A DNA stretch of 64,000 nt from NCBI RefSeq assembly GCF_009914755.1, contig NC_060926.1; one strand, written 5' to 3'. This document shows, piece by piece, positions 12,200 to 23,028 of the stretch (positions are counted from its first letter, which is position 1; the number at the start of each line of letters is the position of its first letter). The notes beneath the pieces were generated by a model. It saw only the letters and a program-made list of their open reading frames with translations. It had not been told where the DNA came from and did no database searches. A program made the position numbers and the translations under genes. The stretch comes from the human T2T-CHM13v2.0 reference genome, Homo sapiens.

Positions 12200-13499
12200 T
12201 TGTATCTGTTTGGGTAGATTTATGGCCTAAGCTTATCACCATTCTATAATTTCATTTTGAAAAATACTCTTTTAAACTATAGTATAAAGTTTGATTTTGT
12301 ATGCCCGAGGTTTGAAAAGGTCATTAGTTCAAAATCAATGGAGTGGTTTTTCATTCCTTTTAATGTAGGATCAAGTTCATTTTGATTTGGTACTCAGTAG
12401 GTTATAATAACCCACTGAGTGCATGAAACTAAATGAGAGAAACTGTACTGAGCAAGTGGCACTCTTGAAGTTTTCATAACTTTGTGTTGCTAGGAAACAA
12501 CTTTACTATCAGCTCAGAGTTTAACTTGGAGCATCTGCTTCATTTAAAGTCTGGTTTCCAGGCAGTGTAGATTGCATTGAGCATTGGGAGGGGGATAAAA
12601 AGCAAAAGCAAAACCAATTACTTTCTAAAAACAACAACAATGTTAAAAGTCTTGAAAGCTGAGGGTCTTATGCTATATTTGTAATTATATCCTTTGGAAC
12701 TGTTGCTAGAGGGGTTGTCTTTCTGCTGACTCATAAACCTGAAGTCCAGAGTAGAAATCGGGATCACTCAGGTTCAAAAGTTCTAAGAAATGTACAGTGA
12801 GAATTGAATGATGGCATCTCAGCCTTTGAGGAGGGAGTGAGAGGGGAAAATATACTCTATGTCGTTGACTTGCATTTTAACATATTCTTCTCAGGCAAAA
12901 TTGCTACTTTAAGGATATGTTTTATGATGTATGCAGGTCATATATTCTACCCTTCCTTCTGCCCTTTTCCTTATTGTTTCATATTTCAGCATGTTATGGT
13001 AAGTCTGGAACAGGAAAGAGAAACAGCATATACTGTACTGGCCAATTATTTGTCCTTTTCATACAAATTGATGCAGTAGCCTAGCACCATTTTTTCAAGG
13101 CATACCTGCTTAAATAAATTAATACTAACATTTCTACCATTTCATAAGGGAGAAACGTAAATTTATATCCCAATGAACAGAATATCACATGACTTTTACC
13201 CAACAAAAGCAAGTTGTGTTACTATTTTCATGTTAACAAGTCCAAGTCCTAAAAATTGAACAATTTCTTCTGTTTCACAGCATTGCCATCTATATTTTCA
13301 CTCCTGAGAAGTTTGAAAATTAAAAAAAAAAAAAAAGATCATCAAGAATAAGGGATGAACCACAAAAAGAAAGAAAGGCTGGAAAAAGGTTTTACAGATT
13401 TTTAAGAAATATAACTCATTTGCCTGAGCATTCTTTCAACATCCTCATTTTAAGGTTACTTCTAAAAAGAAGAAATGATTTTTAATATTTCCTTCATCT

Positions 13500-13770
13500 G
13501 GAGAAATAACTGTCGCTGTTCGGTATTCACAGACTTCCTGCTGAGGACTGCTATCGCAATAAACTCTGGTCTCACGATAGGCAGCCATGATGAGAAACGG
13601 CCCCTGCATAGAGATGGTTTGAACTGTGTGGCTCCCTCCTGCCCCATATAACCATCGCGAGAAGAATGTAACAGCGGCCCTCCATTAGTGAACCTTTTAC
13701 CGTGATTCCCGAGTCATAACCCCGACCCACCTTGAAATCTACTGCTGGCATTTTCTCGTCATTGGTTTGA
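13500..13770 (-). promoter_or_regulatory. Candidate small CpG-retaining promoter or enhancer
   Basis: About 12 CpGs in 260 bp of non-repeat DNA. On the minus strand: CCAAT (13761-13765), TCTCGCGATG (13653-13662), ATGGCTGCC YY1-like (13580-13588), CAGGAAGT ETS (13533-13540). Confidence 0.45.
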
Positions 13771-15649
13771 CACATGAATTAGCAGTTTAAGACTTTGCCT
13801 CCCTACTAACACCAACATCTTATTTGTATGGCTCTGGCACTAGTTCCTGCCTCCTTGTCCTCTAACTCTAATCCCAGTTATCACCCTTAATTCAGTATGC
13901 TCTTGGATCTCTGGTTAAATCTCTTAGAACTTTCCATTCAAAATAACATACTTTATACTTCAGAGCCACCCTTAGGTTTGGTACTTCTACTATGTCCATG
14001 AATTGAATTTTTGCATCTGTTTCTCTATATATGTATTTTTCATTTAAAATATTTGTTCTTAAGTCGTATAATTTACCTGGTGAAAGACCATACAACAGTA
14101 CTTGCATGTAGTCTCCCTATAACTGATGAACGTGCATGTTTCTTTTCTCCGATAAATTTTATGTCAATTTTACTACATTATTGAAATTCCCCCAGCGTAA
14201 TGTGATAAAATTTATCAACTAGCTTTTATACTGCTGTTTTAAATGAAACAGAGTTGAATTAAGGTCTAATGCATTCCCATAAAAATTGCCTAGGTTTGTT
14301 TTTGAAATCTCATTTTATACAGGCAGCCGAGATATTCAAAGTTGGTTGTATGGATAAAAATTTCACTCAAAAAAGTACTCAAATCTATCTCTGGTTTATA
14401 GGACACGATTTTAAAATCTGGATTTAAATATTAGAGGTTGGCTTTGTAGTTAGTTACTAGCTAGTGTTAATAGCATGGACATAGATAAAATGTTACACCC
14501 ACATGAACAAATCTCATCCTTTGCTTTTGATAGGCTTAGAAAATGATTGAAATTAATGTGACTGAACTATTCTTTTTCCTAAAATAATTTTTGAGAAGTG
14601 TTTGAAAAAGGCTGTGATAATTTTTTAATGTCTGGTTCAAAACTGATCTCTTGCAGTAAGCCTTCCCAGATAGTCTATTATTAAAGACCTCTATTTTTAT
14701 ATTTTACTTTTTATTTCCACTGTATAATGCTTTGCTTTCTTATTAATTGCTTTGGTAATCTTTCTTAGCTGCTGTCATGCTTACAAGCCCTCAGAGAATT
14801 CTTCTTTCTTGGATCATGAAGATAAGGATCTCTCTGTCAGTGATATTATTCTTTAGCCTGAACAATTCATTCTGTATAAAGTAGGTATTCAATTAGGGAA
14901 GGGATTATGGGAATATAGGATTATGTTTTTATTAGTCAAAAGGCAAGCTATCCTGAGAAAGTTGCTGTCAAAAACCATGAAAACATATTGTAAAATTTTA
15001 TTTATTACTTATAAGTAATATTTTTAGAGGAGTGGGCTGGGGAAAAGAGTAAGTGAATCTCAAACTACATTTTAAAATTTCTTTTCTGCTAATTTAAATA
15101 TTTTAGTTTCATTTAAAGGTTTAGTATTATAATTGAGAGCAGAAAAGGAAATTATGTTCATTCAGATTCTTTAGCCCATGCACACAATTATCTTTCTTTA
15201 TATAGTTATAGAGATTTTAAATTGCCAATTGGGGGTATAAAATAAACTCTTCATATTACCTACTAAATCTCATGAATTATAGCTACCTGCTTTTTACTTT
15301 TGCTTAAGTAATGCAAGGCCCTTTCCCTTTTTACTTATATTGTTGACTCCTATAATATATAATCTGCTAACTTTTCCTTTATTTCCCCTTCATTTCTCCA
15401 TTTCTTAAAATATGTGATGTAGCCAATTACCAGTTGAGGACATACCTTTTCTAAATGTATAGGGTTCATATTTGAAGACAATTAAAAATCTTGGACAATG
15501 TTTTTCTCTTGTTAAAAAGAGTATTCCTGGGTTTTACTCCAAATCTTTTTTAAAAAATTCAAATCTGGCACCATTGCTATATTTATCTCCTTTATTTTAC
15601 CTGAGCAATGTGTGATTCAAGAAGACTGACGATTTTTTTAATTAGAAAA

Positions 15650-16334
15650 TTGATGTTGACACTATTCCTTTCTGTTTGGTAGTTTTCCTTCTAACAGTCA
15701 GACTCCTCTGCTGCAGGTCTGCTGGAGTTTGCTGGAGGTCCACTCCAGACCCTGTTTGTCTGGGTATCACCAGCAGAGGGTGCAGAACAGCAAAGACTGC
15801 TGCCTGTTCCTTCCTCTGGAAGCTTTGTCCCAGAGGGGCACCAGCCATATGCCAGCCAGAGCTCTCCTGTATGAGGTGTCTGTCAGCCCCTACTGGGAGG
15901 TGTCTCCCAGTCAGGATACACGGTGGGGCGGGGGGCGGGGTGAGCAGTGTCAGGGACCCACTTGAGGAGGCAGTCTGTCCCTTATCAGAGCTCAAACACT
16001 ATGCTGGGAGAACCACTGCTCTCTTCAGAGCTGCTGAAGCTGTGTCCACAGCCGCCCCTTCCCCCAGGTGCTCTGTCCCAGGGAGATGGGGGTTTTATCT
16101 ATAAGTCCCGAACTGGGGCTGCTGCCTTTTTTTCAGAGATGCCCTGCCCAGAGAGGAGGAATCTAGAGAGGCAGTTTGAGTGGCCTTGCTGAGCTGCAGT
16201 GGGCTCCGCCCAGTTTGAACTTCCTGGGGGCTATGTTTACACTGTGAGGGTGAAACTGCCTACTCAAGCCTCAGCAATCGTGGAGGCCCCTCCTCCCACC
16301 AAGCTTGAGCGTCCCAGGTCAACCTCAGACTGCT
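15650..16334 (-). mobile_element. Inverted L1PA (about L1PA7/8) 5'UTR fragment
   Basis: TTCCTTCTAACAGTCAGACTCCTCTGCTGCAGGTCTGCTGGAGTTTGCTGGAGGTCCACTCCAGACCCTG is antisense L1PA 5'UTR. Confidence 0.9.
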
Positions 16335-17702
16335 CTACAGTAACCAAAACAGCACGGTACTGGTAACAAAACGGATATATAGACCAATGGAACAGAACAG
16401 AGGCCTCAGAAATAACACCGCACACCTACAACCATCTGATCTTTGACAAATCTGACAAAAACAAGCAATGGGGAAAGGATTTCCTATTTAATAAATGATG
16501 TGGGGAACACTGGCTAACCATATGCAGAAAGCTGAAACTGGATCCCTTCCTTACACCTTATACAAAAATTAACTCAAGATGGCTTAAAGACTTAAATGTA
16601 AGACCTAAAACCATAAAAACCCTAGAAGAAAACCTAGGCAATACCATTCAGGACACAGGCATGGGCAAAGACTTCATGACTGAAACACCAAAAGCAATGG
16701 CAACAAAAGCCAAAATTGACAAATGGGATCTAATTAAACTAAAGAGCTTCTGCACAGCAAAAGAAACTATTATCAGAGTGAAAAGGCAACCTACAGAATG
16801 GGAGAAAATTTTTGCAGTCTATCCATCTGACAAAGGGCTAATATCCAGAACTACAAAGAACTTAAATTGATAAGAAAAAAACAAACAACCTCATCATAAA
16901 TTGGGCAAAGGATATGAAAAGACACTTCTCAAAAGAAGACATTTAAGTGGCCAACAAACATATGAAAAAAAGCTCATAATCACTAGTCATTAGAGAAATG
17001 CAAATCAAAACCACAATGTGATACCATCTCACGCCAGTTAGAATGGCAATCATTAAAAAGTCAGGAAACAACAGATGCTGGAGAGGATGTGGAGAAATAG
17101 GAACACTTTTACACTGTTGGTGGGAATGTAAATTAGTTCAACCACTGTAGCAGACAGTGTGGCGATTCCTCAAGGATCTAGAACTAGAAATACCATTTGA
17201 TCCAGGAATCCCATTACTGGGTATATACCCAAAGGATTATAAATCATGCTGCTATAAAGACACATGCACACATATGTTTATTGTGGCACTGTTCACAATA
17301 GCAAAGACTTGGAACCAACCCAAATGCCCACCAATGATAGGCTGGATAAAGAAAGTGTGGCACATATACACCATGGAATACTATGGAGCCATAAAAAAGG
17401 ATGAGTTCATGTCCTTTGCAGGGACATGGATGAAGCTGGAAACCATCATTCTCAGCAAACTAACATAAGAACAGAAAACCAAACACCGCATGTTCTCACT
17501 CATAAGTGGGAGTTGAACAATGAGAACACGTGGATACAGTGAGGGGAATATCACAGGGAGGGATAGCATTAGGAGAAATACCTAATATAGATGACACGTT
17601 GATGGGTGCAGCAAACCACCATGGCATGTGTATACCTGTGTAAAAAACTTGCACATTCTGCACCACTACCCCAGAACTTAAAGTATAATAATATAATAAA
17701 AA
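16335..17702 (+). mobile_element. L1PA 3' part (ORF2 C-terminus and 3'UTR)
   Basis: ORF2p peptides [35 protein letters not shown] and WRFLKDLELEIPFDP. Ends CCCAGAACTTAAAGTATAATAA plus an A-rich tail. Confidence 0.95.
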
Positions 17703-18090
17703 TGAGATCCAAGTAGATATGGCTTAGTTCAGTGCCAAAAAAAAAAAAGAAAGAAAATTCTACAAAATTCTGTTGCATTATAAACAAGTATAGGCACTGT
17801 GTTAAGCTCTTTACATATTCATGATCACTCAATCCTATAGAAAATAACCCTGATTCCAAAATCTGCTATTGCTTTTGTAATTACTAGGTTAAATTTATTT
17901 TGTAACCATCAGACACGTTATTTTCACACAATAGTTATTCCGTGGTTTGATTTCTTCTTCATATTTTGTGGTTTGATTTACTTCTTTTTAAATATTCTCC
18001 CTTTTACTTATTTTTTAATGTAGATACATCTTATGATCAACACCATTTTTCTGCCTCAAGAAAATCTTTCAACATTTCTGGTAGGGCAGG

Positions 18091-19016
18091 TGTTAAATTA
18101 TGTCCCCAACTGACAGACAAAATGGACTCCCCGTGGCTAACTGAGTACTCAAAGTTAAAACAGAACCAGGCAACCATGGCTGGGTGAAGGTGCAATCACA
18201 TACTGTATTCTTGAAAAAATATTTGCTATGGTTTGGGTCTGTTTCCCCACCATATCTCATGTCGAATTATAATCCCCAGTGTTGGAGGTGGGGCCTGGTG
18301 GAAGGTGATTGGATCATAGGGGTGAAGTTCCCATGAATGTTTTAGCACCATTCCCCTTGGTACTGTCATTATGACAGTAAGTTCTCATGAGATCCAGTTG
18401 TTTAAAAGTGTGTGGCACCTCCCCCATCGCTCTACTGTTCCTGCTCTTGCCATATAAGATGTATCTGCTCCCCCTTGGCCTTCCACCATAATTGTAAATA
18501 TCCTGAGACCTCCTCAGAAGCCAAGCAGATGCCAGCCTCATGCTTCCTGTACAACCTACAGAACCGTGAGCCAATTAAATCTCGTTTCTTTATAAGTTAC
18601 CCAGTGTCAGTTATTTCTTTATAGTAGTGTGAGAACAAACTAATAAAATATTGAAAAGGTATCACAGGACCTCCCTTTCTGCAATCAAGCCAAATCAGCT
18701 CCTGTCATTGGTACCAAGATAGACTGCAGCTAGAAATTCCTCACCTAACCACCCATAGACTACCTGAAGCCAGCCAGGCACAAGCGAAGCATGTAATGTC
18801 TTGCTTAAATGTCATCCAATTCAGACCCTGCACCTCATTGCCTCCAATCTTACAGTTTTTGCCTTTATAATATTTTCTAATCTTTTACCCCTGAACTCCT
18901 CCTCAGAGTGCACTTTCCTTTTGCACTTAAGGCTGTATCTGCCCAATCTGCAGACTTCTTTTAGAAAATAAAGTTCTCCTATTGCTTTTGCAGATTTCAT
19001 TTGTCTTTTGTTAACA
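18091..19016 (+). mobile_element. Solo ERV1 LTR (MER72-like), split by an MST LTR
   Basis: Inverted termini TGTTAA...TTAACA. GACAAAATGGACTCCCCGTGGCTAACTGAG near the start and AATAAA near 18967. Family assignment is from memory. Confidence 0.65.
18224..18647 (+). mobile_element. MSTA-like solo LTR (ERVL-MaLR)
   Basis: TGCTATGGTTTGGGTCTGTTTCCCCACC...GTGAGAACAAACTAATA. Perfect 5-bp TSD ATATT (18219-18223 / 18648-18652). Confidence 0.9.
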
Positions 19017-22000
19017 TGAGTCAGCTGGCAATGAAGTTCTTCAACTTTTTGTTTCTCTAAGAAGGTCTTTCTTTCACTTTTATAAGATAATTTTGCTATA
19101 TATTAAACTTTAGGTTAGTGGTTATTTTTTTACATTTTGATACTTTAAGTATCTTATTCCACTTTCTTCTTGCTTTCATGGTTTCTGGTAAGAAGTCTAT
19201 TTTACTTCTTTTATTTATTCCTCAGTAGGTCACGATGCTTCTTTCTCTGGCTTCTGTTAAGATTTTCACTTTGCCTTTGGTTTCTGTGATTTGCAAATGA
19301 TATACTTATGTGTAGTTTTTAGTATTTTTTTCTGCTCAGTGGACTCTGAGTTTCCTAGATTTGTGGCTTAGTGTCTGTCATTAATTCTGAAATGTTCTTG
19401 GCCATTATCTCATCTATTAGCCATTTTTACTTCAAGACTTATATTATCATTTCACATATTTTGCCCCATTCTTTCTGCTGTTTCTAGCATTCCAGTTATG
19501 TATACGTTACACCTGTCAAATTTTCTTACAGTTCTAGGATGCCCTGCTTTTTTATTCATTTTTACAGTTTGGGAAGTTCTATTGACCTACCATATGCTCA
19601 CTGATTCTTTCTTCAGCTGTGTCTGCTGATAAGCCCATTAACAAAAGACATTCTGTTACATTATTTGTGATTTCTAGCTTTTTAAAAAAAAAAAACACCT
19701 CTGTGTTAGGTTTACCTCTCTCTGCCTATATTACCCATCTGTTCTTGAATGTTGTCCTCTTTTTCATTAGGTTACTAATTAGTCATTTTAAATCTCCTGA
19801 GAATTCCAGCACCTGTGTCATAACTGAGTCTGGTGGTGATGCTTGCTTTGTCTCTTCAGACTGTGTTTTTTCCTTGCCTTATGGCATGCCTGGCAATTTT
19901 TTGTTGAAAGCCAGACATAATTTATCAGATAATAAGAACTGAGGTGAACAGGTCTCTTGTGTGAGGATGTGAGTTAATCTGGCTAGGAATTGGTCTTTGC
20001 TTAATGTTTGCTGTAGCTATAGGTGTCAGAAGCTTCAAATTCCTCCAGTGTCCTTGTTTTTGTCTGTCCCCTGACTTTGGGTTTCCTGATGTACTCCTCC
20101 TTAAAGAGAGTCTGTATCATGCTGCTGTCTCAGCAAGAATGCAGTATTAGGACACTGCAGTCCTGTTGGTGTGGTGGTAAGGTGTTGGGAAGAGGAATTG
20201 TTCAATAATCTCTCATTTCAATCTTCATCTTTTAGTGGGCCTGTGACTTTCACAACTATTTCTTCTTGTATAGCTTCTCCACCTCTAGCCCATTAGATAA
20301 GACAGGAAAGCTATGGGCAACTGGAGCAAGAATGCCTTTCCCCCATACCTCTGGGACAAGGCTCTGGTAAGGTCTTTCCCCGCTGGAGAGCATTCTTTTG
20401 CTATAGAAAAAGCCCTGGGCATATTTCACAAGGGGTACTTTTCTCCTCCACTGACAGAGCATCCAGGGGATCTTTCTCAAATATTCACAATAAGAACCTG
20501 GTAGAGTTCCTGGAGGTAAAACCCACAAAAGTATGGGGTTCCACTAAAACCACAGCTCTTAGGGTTTTCTCACTCTTACACTAATCCACACTCAGCCTCT
20601 GGCAAATCACCAAAAATACTGTTCAAGTGCTCTTACAAGTTTGTGACACCAGTGGTTTCTGTTCCAGGGAAGCACATCTCAGCTATGACTCTAGATCCTC
20701 CCGTCTTTTCAGATGTCAAGATGCCTCTTTTTCTTGCAACCTCAGTTCACTGATGAAGCCAATAAAACACATTCATTTTTACTTTGCCAAGCTTTTATTT
20801 GTTGTTGTAAGAATGGGGATGATGTCTCTCAAACCTTTTACTTGAAAGCCTTATTGATTTTTAGCAATACACATTTATTCAAAAATTGATTAATTTGCTC
20901 AGCAAACAATTATTGAGCATCTAATATATGCCAGGCACTGTATGAAGTGTCCATAGCCATCAAGAGGAGCCAATCAGGATGTGTCTCTGCAGCCTCTTTC
21001 CACTGGTAAACCAGATGCAGATGTTTTGCGGTCCTAATTATTGAAGGAGTTCCAGGATTCTCCAAAATAAAATCTATCTTTTTTCCATTTCAGCTGACAC
21101 ACTGTCAGATGTGCAAATTCCATGCGGAGGTATTTGTTTCCTTCTCCTGGTGTCAGGCTGTTGAGTGTGATTTGTACTTCCTGCTGCTTTGCTTCAGGCA
21201 AAGGAGGAGGTGACAGCTTCAAGTTGAATAATTAGACTAATTGCAGTACACACCCGAGGTTCTCAAGGAAAGTGCAAATACAGAAAATCAATTTTATAGT
21301 ATTATTATCCAATTTTACAGTGTGTAATAATATATTTATGAAGCATCATCTTCAAAAATAGAAATAAAGATGATGAAGATAAACAAAAATAAAACCAAAA
21401 TAGGCTCTATGCCCAGAAATCCAGAGCAATAAACTAAGTACAGCAGGAAAACATTGCCTAAAAGGAAGAGTTTTCAGAGACACAAAAAAGTGCTTTGAAA
21501 ATGCTTTCTTCCAGATTGAAAGAGGATTCAACATCTTAGCTGTGTTAGGAAAATACAAGTTTTCACACAAAGAGACCATACAGAATGTGTTTATCAACTC
21601 TCTTAATTTAGCAATTAGGAAATTAATCATCAGAAATGATATCATACTTGTGGGAGCTCAAAGTCTGATTTAGATCTCCAGTCTCCTGAATGCCAGTTCA
21701 TGGTTTCATCAACAGAGACAAGAACTTTATCTATGACTTTATGTTCTTCATTGATTAGCTTTATGCATAATTCATTGACAGGATTTAGACAAAATAAACT
21801 AGAAAAAATTGGAGACATCAATAGAAGAAATTAGCATAGATTCATGAGAGAGATAAACAGGCTTCAGAAAGCTACTGATATATAGGTACCTTGTTTTGTC
21901 ATTGTATTTTACTATATCTGAAGTAAAAGCGAGTTTCAGAAATTTTGTACAGATAGTGGTCTCCATTAAGTCAAAATTTAAAAAAAAAATTCTGAACATT

Positions 22001-22869
22001 GAAAGAAAACAATTTACAAATGAATAAAAAACTCTTTTCTCCCTACCACTTTTTTTTAATGGAATGATTTGCAGTTTGATGTGTAGATTATTAACAGACA
22101 TTGATAAATAGCTTTGACTCAATTTGTGCTTTTGCTTCACTCCACATAGCACTGCTCTGTCAGGTTTTGAAAACATCAGAGACAGAAGCATGAAGCATGC
22201 CTGCCTCAACAACATTGAATTTATGAATTTATATCTAACAGTATCACCGTTATAATCTGAGATGGTTCATTGTTTTAAACATTATTTCTCATTTGGTCTT
22301 TAAGAAGATTATGATTGTATCTGTCCTTCTAAAGTGGCAATTTAAAATCCTTGTTATGGCAAAGAATCCTATTTTTCTAAAAATCGTTAGGTATACCTAA
22401 AATTGTTAAGTATGAAAATAAACTCTGGTTTAAAAATATCAATTATATGTGTTTTTCTTTTTCTGATTATGGCATAAATATTTCAATAGGTTTAAACATA
22501 ATAAAAAATTAGTATATTTTATGGGCCAAGAAGGCAAATCAAATTAAGCATGCTTGTGTGTGGTAGGGGTGGTGAAAGCATGGAGAGCCAGGGGATAAGG
22601 AAAGAAAGCCAAGGGAAGCCAGCAAGACATGAGACGAGAAGCAGACAGTGGCTATGAACCCCAAGGGTGGATAGGGTAACTGATCAGTGAACCAAAGTAT
22701 CAAGTGAAAGAGAAGAGAATTATAACAAGTGAATGGCTGCATGCAATTTTTGTAAGTGGGAGATTAATGTGATGACTAGGGGCTTCAGGAGTGGAAGGGG
22801 AGACCAGTCAGAGTCACAGTAGAGTAAACTGATACAAAGCTGACCAGCAGAGGGTGTATTTATCCATGT

Positions 22870-23028
22870 CTTCTAAAATGTAAATCACCTGGGGATCTTG
22901 AAAGAATGCATATTTATAATCTCTAAATCTGGGTTGGAGCCTGAAATGTTCTAACAAGCTGATGTGATGTCCATGTCCAGGTGATGTCCATGATGCTGCT
23001 CTATGGAGTACATGCTGTGTAGCAAGGT
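22870..23028. mobile_element. MER5A-like hAT fragment
   Basis: AATCACCTGGGGATCTTGAAAGAATGCA...TTCTAACAAGCT...CCAGGTGATG...GATGCTGCT...GTAGCAAGG. Confidence 0.6.

Larger units (their letters stand above)
17870..20845 (-). mobile_element. Ancient L1M (ORF1/5' region) interrupted by LTRs
   Basis: Antisense L1 motifs (TTTCAACATTTCTGGTAGGGCAGG | CAGCTGGCAATGAAGTTC; ATAATTTTGCTATATATTAAACTTTAGGTTAG). Boundaries approximate. Confidence 0.65.

Noticed and set aside
21799-22215. 138-aa minus-strand ORF
   Set aside because: No recognisable homology, AT-rich intergenic composition and a non-ATG start; consistent with chance.
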